This document shows positions 31,546-41,002 of a stretch of 64,000 bases of DNA, one piece after another. The position numbers were made by a program, and so were the translations under genes. The DNA comes from Carpediemonas membranifera BICM (Eukaryota > Protista > Fornicata), in the NCBI GenBank assembly GCA_019828565.1, contig JAHDYR010000005.1, positions 62,001 to 126,000 of the forward strand. The letters are read 5' to 3'. The notes below the pieces were generated by a model. That model was not told the DNA's origin, did no database searches, and saw nothing but the letters and a program-made list of their open reading frames with translations. Within the stretch, counting starts at the first letter, position 1. Every line of letters starts with the position of its first letter.

Positions 31546-33488
31546 GGTCTGATGATGTGCTTCGCTAGTAGGGTCTTGACCATCTTCTCCTCGACGGCTT
31601 GCTTAAGCTTCGGAGAGACCCAGTAGGCTCTTGCGACATGGGGCTTGGCATCAGGAACCAGCATGATGTCCATCGGCTCAGCCAGGGCTGGCTCGTCGCC
31701 TGGAGGTTCGAACAAGTGTCTGTACTTGACCTTGAGGAGCTCCGATAACTCCTCCTTGACGGCAGGGTCGCTCTTCCCGATCACGCTGTCGAGCTGGGCG
31801 TCAAGAGAGGTCTCCGGCTCCTCGTCCCAGAGTTCGATGTCGCCAGCCTCGGGGTCGCGAGAAAGGGCAGTGTCATCAGGGTTGCCAAGGAAACCGAGTT
31901 CGTAGGAGGCGAACTTCGAGAGGATGAATGGGATCGCAAGACCCGGAATGACGTGGACTGTGATCGTGGTCCACACTCTTGAGGGGGACTGGCCCGGTCG
32001 GTCGGCTCCGACCGTCAGAGTTATGTCGAAGATAGCTGGAGTCTCTTGGTGTGTTGCAGTTTGCATCACATGAGTGGAGACGCGTGTGGGTATGGCCATG
32101 ATGGCTATAAGTCTCTCGTACTCTGCCTGAGAGATGTAGCTCACGGTGGACCCTGAGTCAGGAAGGAGCTCGCCCTCGATCACCTCTGTGCGGGCGGTTG
32201 TTGTGAAGAGGGCTGCCTCCATGTCCTCGTCCCACAGAGTGCCGAGAGCGGCGTTGCCTCCTCGTGAGAAGACCTTACCGCTCCGCGTGCGTCCTTCGGG
32301 CTCAGGCTTGCCTGAGCCTATGTTGCACTGTTCTTGGGAGTGAGAGCCCCACCGGCCGTGATTCGGACACCAGGTCATCCCAGGGAACGGGGGCTTGGAC
32401 GGGTCGTGCCACTTGTCCGGCATCTTCGTCCGCTCGGACCTGAGCCCGGCCTCGGAGTCGTCTTTGGACTTGTTGGCGGTCTTAGTAGAGTGAGACCGTC
32501 TTTCAAAGGTGGCCTGCTCGAGCATCTTGGTGCCCGAGCGAGAGGAGTGCGAGTAGCCCGACTGAGCGGCGGGGGAAGCACGGTCTGGCTGATGTTGTGG
32601 ACGGCGCTTCGACGAGGTGCCCCAGGCGTCGACTCCCACCTTCTTAGCGGAGTCGTCGATAGACGAGACCTCCTCGATCATGTCGGAGATGAACTCCGTG
32701 GAGCTCTTCGCCGCAGAGAAGCTTGACACTGACTCCGCCAGGGCATGGAGCCGGTTCTCGCGGGTCAGTCCGGCTTGTATCGTTCTCTTAACGATCTTCA
32801 TGATGGCCCGGCCGTCCTCCAGCTTGTACCACTTGAGGGCGAACCCGACGGCCTCGGCTGCTCGAGCGAGACGCTGGGCGGGGAGGAGGTCGTGGGACCT
32901 ACTCCAGTCGGTCGTGAGGCGGGCCTCTAACTCAGCGACCTTGTCGAAGGTGGATCGGTTCGCGTTGAAGGGTAGTGAGGTGGCTGCGAAGACAGCCTCA
33001 TAGTCGGCCTCGGTCTGCTTCATGTAAGCAAGCATCTGCTCGCTCGAGCTCGGGATGAGAGGGAGTCGGGTGCTCCACTCCTCCAGTGCGGCAGGAAGGT
33101 CCTTGAGCCTGGCGTGGTAGGGCAGCTGAGGAGCCACTGTGGCGAGGCATCCTAGGCATGACTCCAGAGCGGGTTTGGTGCGGCGAGCGCGGCCGTAGCG
33201 CAGTAAGAAGGAGTACAAGTCGTCCTCCGATAGGCTCTTCGGGCCACTCTCGAACTTGGGTAGTTTCTGTGCGAACGAGACGGTGATCGGAGCGGTATCG
33301 TGTTCGGCGGTTGCGGGCTTAGGATTATCTTCCGTGAGCGCGGATGGCTCTAGCTTGATGACATTCTTGGCCTCACGAGATGAGAGCTCGGTGATAAGGC
33401 CTGTCAAATTCCGAATTTGCCGCTCTAATTCCGCTATCCGATCGTTCTCTTCATGAACTGTCGTCTCCGTGGTATTCATTGATATCAA

Positions 33489-33566
33489 TGTTGCCTTGGT
33501 GAGGTTACGAAGGATAAAGAACGGAAGCAGTTTAATGGATCAATCAAATGATGTGGGGCCACAACA
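33489..33566 (-). repeat. 5' LTR of Gypsy A
   Basis: Identical to 24817-24894; TGTTG...CAACA termini. Confidence 0.97.
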
Positions 33567-33677
33567 GCTGGGCCTCTATTTGACTACTCTTGACTCTTGG
33601 CTCGCGTGTCCATTGACACGAGAGGTGGCCTCTCTCTGGGGTCTGACCTGCGGCTCGCATGGCCCTGTGTCTTGCCA

Positions 33678-35684
33678 TCACCCATGGGGCGGACAAAGCT
33701 GTGCCAATGTCGACCTCACCGGCACCCAGTAAGCCACGAAAGGGATACGATCCTTCCCGGCGAACAAGTTCTCTATCTCTGTGCCGGTCCACCAGTGTGC
33801 CGGCAGCGTGACTTCGATTTTGTCCTGGGACATCCGGTTCAGGTCCAGGTCCACGTTGGTGCCTCTCTGCGGTGCGATTACTACCACTCCCCTGGGCTGC
33901 TGGGCTGGGGTGACCTCTGACTGTTGCCATATCTCTCTCAATCTGGCGGTCACGCGGGGTAAGAGCGCAACTGGTGGGACTGCGATTGACCTGCACTCGG
34001 TCCAGTCCGCCGTGAAGGCGTCTTCTACATAGCCCAAGTCCTCTGGCAGGAAAGTTCGTGTTGCGAACAGCGATCTGTCGGTTGTGCCCACTGCTCTGCT
34101 GCCCTCGCCGCTAGTGATGCCGGCATCGCCCAGTCGAGCTTCTTGAATCTCGAGAGGTCGTCCGCTGTGGTGTTGAGCAGACCCGGGACGTGCTTTGTTC
34201 GCACCCTCGCCCCGATCGCGTGTAAGAAGTCGTGGAGCTCCTTCACCTCTCGTCGCATGTGGGCCGGTGCCTTTGTACTGCTCTTCCCGATCCAGGCCAG
34301 TGCTGACGTGTTGTCGCCGACTAATAAGACGTCCCTGCCGGCTATCCTCCGCTCCCCAGCGGCGCAGCGCTATGTCCATGGCCTTCGCCTCCTTGCAGTT
34401 GATTGATTTGCCTACGAATGTCTGGTCGAACGTGTCCTGAAACGAGTCGGTCCCGAACTCTGTCCAGATGGCGCCACCGTAAGCATGGTCGCTCGCGTCC
34501 GTCTCGATCCGAATCTCTCTCCCGTTCGTGAGAAAGCACCAGTGCGGGTCTCTCCTCAGTGTTCTCGCCCACCACCGCAGGTCTGTCCTCGCTTCCTGTG
34601 GGATGTCCTTCTTCGTGCCCCGTAACTTTCCTGCGAGTGAGGCCGCCGCACATTGAAGCTCGCGTAGCCTGGGCAGGGCCCGAGCTCCCACGGCGAACCG
34701 TGCGAACAGCAGCTTCCCGATGAGGGCTTGGAGGTCCTTGACTAGGAACCGTCTCTCCTTCTGCAGTCTGTCGATCAAGCTGATCATGTCTGTGGCCTTT
34801 CTCTCTGTCAGGTACATGCATCCCTCTGCTGAGTTGATCACCACCCCGAGGTACTCGAGCTCCTGCGTTGGCACAGCAACAGACTTCTCCTGCGAGATTA
34901 CCATGCCGAGTCTTCTCATCAGCGCGAGTATGCCTGGCATCTTCTCCGCGAGTGATGCGCGTGAGTGGTCTGCGAACAGCAGGTCGTCTAGGTATACGAA
35001 CACCTGCACGCCAAACTCTCTTCGAATAATCTTTGCCGCCTGGGCGGTGACCCTCTGGAATGCCTCTGGTGCTGTGTTGAGGCCGAAGGGCAGGGCTCTC
35101 CACCGATATGTTGTTCCTTCGTGGGTAATCCCCAGGTACTCCTTGGCCTCCTCCGCCATGAGCACCTGGTAGTAGCCGGACTTCAGGTCGACGCTCGTCA
35201 ACCATGCCCCCTGTGCCAGATTGGCCGCCACCTCCATCAACCCCTTCAACCGAAACTTGCGGACCTGTTGGAAAAAGTTGACCGGCCGGAGGTCGTGTAT
35301 GAGTCTCCAATCCGATGGTTTCTTCGGAATCAGGAAGACCGGGGATATGTTGCTCGCCGTTGCTACCTCTAAAGCTTGAATGTTCACTAGCTCCTTCAGC
35401 ATCTCGCTTATTGGGCCTTCCCTCCCGTTCGCTCTCGGGGCGCTGGGCGTTGCCGGGGCTACCTTCACCCCGTCTCTCAGTGTGCTCACGACCTCCTTGC
35501 TGGCCCCCAAGGCCTCCCACTCCCTCCAGGCGCGGCTCATCGAGCCCACCACCTGTGCCCGGGACACCGGGCAAGAGTCGGGCGGAGCGTCGTACGACTT
35601 GCGTGACTGCGCAGCTTTGATCGGTTGCTTGTCTGTTGATGTCTCTTGCTCTTGTACTTGCTTTCTTGCTTCTTCTCGTCTCAT
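33678..35684 (-). pseudogene. DIRS-like RT - RNase H - MT polyprotein (frameshifted)
   Basis: DWRLIHDLR, VDLKSGYYQ, LPFGLNTAP, YLDD, TDAS, GDN, ADDLSR, MT-like DAF..DW..PP; frameshifts near 34345 and 34080. Confidence 0.9.
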
Positions 35685-35750
35685 AGTGCTCGTAAACGTA
35701 GATAGTGCCTTTTATTGTCTTCGAGGTGGGCATAACCTCTTCTTGGCCGC

Positions 35751-36290
35751 TTATTGCTGCCCCGGGGCCGCATTGCGGTTGCCCGAGGCGTTCGAAGCTG
35801 TGAAGTGGCGCTGTGGGGAGCGCTGGAAGTACCTGTTGCGCGAGAAAGGCTTACGGATCTGCTGGCGATGGCGGAAGCTCTGGGGCGGAGCGGCTTTCTT
35901 CGCTTTCGCGGCTAGCTTGATGAATTCTCGCGGGTTGTTCTCGGTTGCAGCTGTAACTTGGAAGTAGCGTGCGGCGTCCTCCCCGGCGTCGTCGAGGACA
36001 CGGAGGAACTCAAGGCGGCGCTCGATAATGATGTTCACTTTGGTTGCTATGGTCTCAATAGACGTGGTTGCGGGGTCAGCAAGAACGGTCTTGATATCGG
36101 CGTGAATAGCACGCAGGTGCGAGAATTCCTTTGTGACGGCCGGGATCTTAGAAGGCTTTCGAGTGTCCTCGGCATTGGTCCGAACGTCCTCAACAGACTC
36201 AACAAGGCTTGCAATTGTCTCAGCCTGAGTCTTGACGAGCTCCTCGAGTTGGAGGAGCTTACTGGCTGCGTCTTGCTCGTCGTCAGCCAT
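35751..36290 (-). CDS. Gag-like ORF1 of the DIRS-like element
   Basis: 179 aa; coiled-coil N-terminus and basic C-terminus; directly upstream of the RT ORF. Confidence 0.7.
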   Translation of the reverse strand: MADDEQDAASKLLQLEELVKTQAETIASLVESVEDVRTNAEDTRKPSKIPAVTKEFSHLRAIHADIKTVLADPATTSIETIATKVNIIIERRLEFLRVLDDAGEDAARYFQVTAATENNPREFIKLAAKAKKAAPPQSFRHRQQIRKPFSRNRYFQRSPQRHFTASNASGNRNAAPGQQ

Positions 36291-36494
36291 TTCCAGGGAT
36301 GTGCCGAACAGGGGAGGTTTTCCCCCTTGGTTAAATTGGCTTAAACGTCCCAGGTCACCAGCCGAATATTTTCCACGAATCTAGAAGATTCTCCCGAATC
36401 TTTTGGGTTTGGGTCCAGGTGATCGGCACCCCACTCGGACCCTTGTGGACCGCGCCCCAAGGCGCACTATGTCTACGTCTACGACGGTACGCAA

Positions 36495-36565
36495 GCATCA
36501 GTGGTGTAGGGGTATCATCGCACGTTGCCATCGTGTGGACCCGGGTTCGAATCCCGGCTGATGCA
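36495..36565 (+). tRNA. tRNA-Gly (GCC)
   Basis: Acceptor stem GCATCAG/CTGATGC, anticodon arm GCACG-TTGCCAT-CGTGT, T arm CCGGG-TTCGAAT-CCCGG, no encoded CCA, TTTT terminator just downstream. Confidence 0.97.
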
Positions 36566-36750
36566 GATTTTGTCATTCTACTTTGCTGACTTCTCGACTC
36601 TCCATGGGCTAAACTGCGAATTCCGACTGGCCGGCAAGTAAGTCCTAATACTGGCTCTAAAGCATGGATTCACTGCGTGTCCCGCGCTCCCACACCTCAA
36701 AGGTCTTGACTGGAACACGGATTTCGACCATCTCAAAAGTGACCCGCCCA

Positions 36751-37296
36751 AGTGTCAGTATTCACTCAGTCCACTAAAATCCCAGTTTTAGCCCAATCCA
36801 AGTCTATTGCCCCACTTTCAGCCCTCTACGACGTCCCAACTGAATTCCGAAAGTGGCTGTCCGAAGGCTCCGGGCCGCTGAACCGGGTGAAACCGACCAT
36901 CGAGTTCAGGCCTGGCTCCTGGGCAAATGCACTCTATATGGCCCTAGATGGCGGCGTTATGGTCAGATCCGAGGTCTGAGATCTGATGGAGTCAAGTCGA
37001 GTCGGTCGAAATTCACTTTTCGCCTAGAGCCGCTGGAGTGTCAGTGTGCACCCAGCCCACGTCCATCCTAGTTTTAGACGTATCTAAGGCTATTGCCCCA
37101 CTTACAGTCTCTAGCTGGGTGTCATCCGAATTCAGTGGTGCCAAACTCGGTGCTCAGCGTCGCCACCGCGATCACGGCTGACACTGAGTTCAAAGCTGTT
37201 AGTGGGCAATCGCACTCTATCCAGGCCTAGTAGCTGAGGTTACGCCAGTGGGTGCAGGCTGAGGGTGGATTGAGTCAATCTGAGTTGTCATTTTCG
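36751..37296. repeat. Diverged ~286-bp tandem duplication with internal inverted repeats
   Basis: Shared blocks agtgtcagt, agttttag, ctattgccccactt, gagttca, tgggcaa..gcactctat, cctag, gagtcaa, ttttcg recur in the same order in both units. Confidence 0.7.
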
Positions 37297-37460
37297 ACGA
37301 CTCCAGAAATTATGTTGGCAGTTAAGTAACCGTAATTTCATCACTTGCAGCCTATATATATGCCGTCAGCCGTTTAAAAACAATGATGGGCCAGCCATCA
37401 CGCATGAGCATCCAATCCCGTGGCGCTGGGCGAGAAGATCATTAATCCAAGTCAACAGCT

Positions 37461-39004
37461 TCATTTACCAACGGCGAGTCTGGCCAAGACAGCGGCGACG
37501 ACATCATAAACCGGACCAACACTGCTGACCTTCATCCGCTCGAACGGCGAGTGCGGCGATTGAATCTCAGGCCCTATGCTGATTGCGTCAGTGATCGGGC
37601 AATGTGACATCAAGATGCCGCATTCCAGCCCCGCGTGTACGGCGGTGACGGTCGGTTCAGCGCCTACCAATGTCGCGTGCTCCTCCTTGGTGATCTTGAG
37701 CAGCTCACTGGCGCTGTTGGTGGGCCAACCAGGATACTCGTTTTCCCGCTCGGGAGCAGCGGCGCCGGCAAGGGCACAGAGACCGGATATCTGGTCATAT
37801 ATCGCGTCCAGCTGACCAATAGTCTCAGATCTAGCAGTACCGTTCAGCTTGACCTGAGCATCAGTGGTCTCAATTATAGTGGTGGCGTAAGATGAACTGA
37901 CAAGACCGTCGACGTCCTGTGACATCTTGACAGGACGGATGGGCATTAGAGCAGTGAAATGAAGCACGGAAGAAGTCGACTGAACCGTCATGGGGACGAT
38001 TTCCTCATTCGTGATCTCATTGATGCTCAGCTGGATATTGGGATCAGTCCGGCGGTTTTCTTCTTTGATGATCTCAATCAGTCGAGTCATATCAGCCTTA
38101 AACTGCACTACATCATCCATGGGCAGGGTGACAGTCGCCTTGGCGTCCCGGGGGATGGCGTTGTGGGCAGTGCCGCCCGACATAGCGACCAGTCGGCCGC
38201 CAGCTGGCAAGCAGGCCATGAGCATGCGAGTGATGGTCTTGATGGCACAGGCCCTGCCCAGGTGAATGTCAGCGCCGCCGTGACCGCCGCTCAAGTTTGT
38301 GACCTCGACGTCGAGAGTGACATGACCGGCGGGAAGGGCCTCCCTTGAAATGTCGAGGGCGATGTTGTTGACAAATGCACCGGCACAGCCGACACAGAGG
38401 TTGTTCTCCTCCTCTGAATCCAGGTTGATGAGGAGGGCACTCTTGATGAAGTCTGCCTCGACTGCCTTGGCACCAACGAGGCCAACCTCTTCATTCGCAG
38501 TGATAAGAAGCTCAAGGGGGCCGTGCTTGAGGGTCTTATCGGTGGAGAGAGCAATGGCGAGGGCGATAGCGATGCCATTGTCAGCACCGAGGCTGGTGTT
38601 GGTGGCTGTGATGAACTTATCGGCTCCATCGTCGATAAGCTGCGGAACAATGGGATCATCAGGAAAGCTGTGCTTGGTACCGGCCTTCGCGATCCCGACG
38701 ATGTCGCTGTGGCCCTGAAGGGCGACAGAGGGAGCTTGCTCGCACCCAGGGGAAGCAGGAACCGTGATGCAGACGTTTTGTGCATTATCCATCCTGAACT
38801 CGAAGGCATGCTCATCAGAAAACGTCTTGAGGAAGGCTGTGATCTTCTCGAGGTGGTAGCTGGGGCGTGGGATCTCAAGAACGGCGAGGACTGCATAAGA
38901 ACGGAAGAATCGAACAAACAGGCTTCCCAGACGGATGTATGATCCTTATCAATGGTCTTTAGCTCGTCAAATACTGCTTGAGCTGCGGCAGTTGTCAGCT
39001 TCAT
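37461..39004 (-). CDS. pepD: Aminoacyl-histidine dipeptidase (M20C), 2 exons
   Basis: IPRPS, LQGHSD, LGADNG, NEEVG, NLDSEE, YPGW, HAGLECG, HSPFE; exons 39004-38920 and 38890-37461. Confidence 0.92.
38891..38919 (-). other. 29-nt spliceosomal intron
   Basis: GTTTGT...TGCAG; removal joins VWEA-FLAVLEIPRPS in frame. Confidence 0.85.
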
Positions 39005-39223
39005 GGTTTTCTCGTTGCGTCCCACAATCGACTTTGACGGAGTCACGCCAGGCCATCACAGCTCCACGGTAGTAGCCCGCCATCATGGAGAGACCCTGAT
39101 GATCGTCAGCTGTTATAGTGTCTTGCCCGCCCGACTCGCCCTTTTGCCTTCTCTGGCAATCTCAGGACCAAGACAGCCGCCTACACCGTCTATTTACATA
39201 ATTACATCACATAAACCGCTCTA

Positions 39224-40936
39224 CTACATTAGATGCTTCAGTTTGAGCGGCAGAAGTTCCGCCATCTGTTGGCTTATGGCGACCTGCTGGGCGAAGTTGT
39301 CGTCACCTTCATGCTTCTCCTGCCAAAGCAAGATCCGCTCAAAGCACTTCAACGCCTTCCTGATGTATTCAACGGTCGCCCCCGGGATCTGAAGATAGAT
39401 TCGACCAACGGAGAACAGAGCTACGATTAGTCTGCTGGCAAGATCATTAGGTACATCTGTCACAATATCTGGGATCACATCAAGATCCTGTTGACCGCTC
39501 GTCTCACGACTTTGGTGGACAAACTCGGCGATGTGCTTGACAATGTCTGTGTAGAGGGAAATGGCGAGGTTGCCGACTTGCCGAGCCGAGTCGGTCTTGT
39601 CAGCCTCGAGCTTCAGAGAAAAGCGGTCAGTGGTAGAATCAGCGAGATCGAGCATGATATCAAGAATCAATCCAAGATACATGCTCTTGTTGAGCTGTTT
39701 TGGATAGCTCCAGAGCAGTCTCGACCGCTCGATCTGAAGCTTGCACTGTCTGTTGTGTCGCTCGAGCGCTGTCCCAGATCCAATCAGACCCACTATATTG
39801 CTGTAAGTGCCAATCATCTGACTGCGTTCGACCGCAATCTCAACATGGTCACTGACAAAACCGTCGAGTTTGTAGAAGTCCAGACAAGCCTTATAGTGGT
39901 CAAGCATATCTTGGTAAATCTTTTCAGCCTGATTCGGTCCAGATACAACCGAAGATTCGTCCAGATTCTCCCAGAGCTCTTCACTCGAGTTGACTGAGTC
40001 ATCGCGGTCAACCTGGGCAATACTGCTCTGGAACTTGGTCAAAGACCTCGTCAGCAACGCACCGATGAGTCTTGCCCATGTCAGATGCCACTGGGCCCTC
40101 ATCTCGACGCGGTTCTCAGCGTCGGATATCTCTTCAAGAACGACGTCCACCTGTGACAGTAGCTTGCCCACTCTCTTGATGTCTGACTCAGTGAGCGCGA
40201 CAGACATGGCCAGAACGTTCTGGGCCCAGTCTTGTGGATCATAAATGCCCAGGTCGTACTGACGATCCAGAGTCTGTGTGATGTACTCAATGGCGACGTC
40301 CCTGTCGACTCCGGTCATGTTCTGCCCGATGTAGTACAGAGTGTTGGTATAGACCTTCTCGAGTTCAACACCAGTGGCACTGACAACCTTGGCAAGATCA
40401 CTAGTGTCAGATTTGGGCAGTTGGACGGTCTTGTACAGAGTCTCAGCGATGGCGAGGACCTCTGAGGCGAGCTCCACCTCGTCTCTGTTTCCCCACACGA
40501 GAGATAGCTGGTTGATGGTGTCCACGGTGACGGGAAGGAGAATGCCGCGGGTCTCAGCGTCAGCAGGAGCAGGAGAATCAGTAGGGTACCAGTCAACACG
40601 GTCTATTGAGCGCTGCACCTCGTTCACAGCACCAACAGGAAGCGCAGTATCGAGTCTGGCGGCAAAGAAACCGAGGGAAGCCATGAGAAAGGGGTATCCG
40701 TTCATGGGCTCGTCTGTCTCACTGTGGCCGCGGCCAATAAGAACAGAGATGACTGCGCATTCATCTAGAAGCTCTTGCTTCGCCTTGTCCGTTGTTTCAG
40801 CCATTGCGGCGAGAATATCGGTGATGATCCCTTTCCAAAGCTCAATAGCCTCATACTGGAGCTTGTATGGCTCATTAGCTGGCGAAATAGATTCATACAG
40901 CTTCACAGCTGTGCCCACTCTATCAGAAATGGACAT
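39224..40936 (-). CDS. KIF-binding protein (KBP) homologue
   Basis: YKLDGFVSDHVEI, RQCKLQ..R..LL, LNKSMYL, MAELLPLK match the KBP C-terminal domain; start placed at MSISD. Confidence 0.85.
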   Translation of the reverse strand: MSISDRVGTAVKLYESISPANEPYKLQYEAIELWKGIITDILAAMAETTDKAKQELLDECAVISVLIGRGHSETDEPMNGYPFLMASLGFFAARLDTALPVGAVNEVQRSIDRVDWYPTDSPAPADAETRGILLPVTVDTINQLSLVWGNRDEVELASEVLAIAETLYKTVQLPKSDTSDLAKVVSATGVELEKVYTNTLYYIGQNMTGVDRDVAIEYITQTLDRQYDLGIYDPQDWAQNVLAMSVALTESDIKRVGKLLSQVDVVLEEISDAENRVEMRAQWHLTWARLIGALLTRSLTKFQSSIAQVDRDDSVNSSEELWENLDESSVVSGPNQAEKIYQDMLDHYKACLDFYKLDGFVSDHVEIAVERSQMIGTYSNIVGLIGSGTALERHNRQCKLQIERSRLLWSYPKQLNKSMYLGLILDIMLDLADSTTDRFSLKLEADKTDSARQVGNLAISLYTDIVKHIAEFVHQSRETSGQQDLDVIPDIVTDVPNDLASRLIVALFSVGRIYLQIPGATVEYIRKALKCFERILLWQEKHEGDDNFAQQVAISQQMAELLPLKLKHLM

Positions 40937-41002
40937 TTGTCGTTGATGACGACAACGGATACATATGGCATGTAACACAGTAAAACGCCCCATATATATC
41001 AT

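Larger units (their letters stand above)
24817..33566 (-). mobile_element. Ty3/Gypsy chromodomain LTR retrotransposon A (4587 bp when reconstituted)
   Basis: Identical 78-bp LTRs; GCTGG TSD (24812-24816, 33567-33571); PPT gggagaagcggga. After removing the two insertions a single gag-PR-RT-RH-IN-chromo ORF runs from ATG 33479 to 24868 (1482 aa). Confidence 0.97.
23745..36290 (-). mobile_element. DIRS-like tyrosine-recombinase retrotransposon interrupted by nested LTR elements
   Basis: Minus-strand order gag (35751-36290), RT/RNase H/MT (33678-35684), overlapping YR ORF (33996-33572 joined to 24816-23745). Termini not resolved. Confidence 0.9.

Noticed and set aside
34342-35733. 463-aa minus-strand ORF overlapping the DIRS RT
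   Set aside because: No recognisable motif; long overlapping frames are common in DIRS elements and this may just be the upstream part of the frameshifted YR frame.
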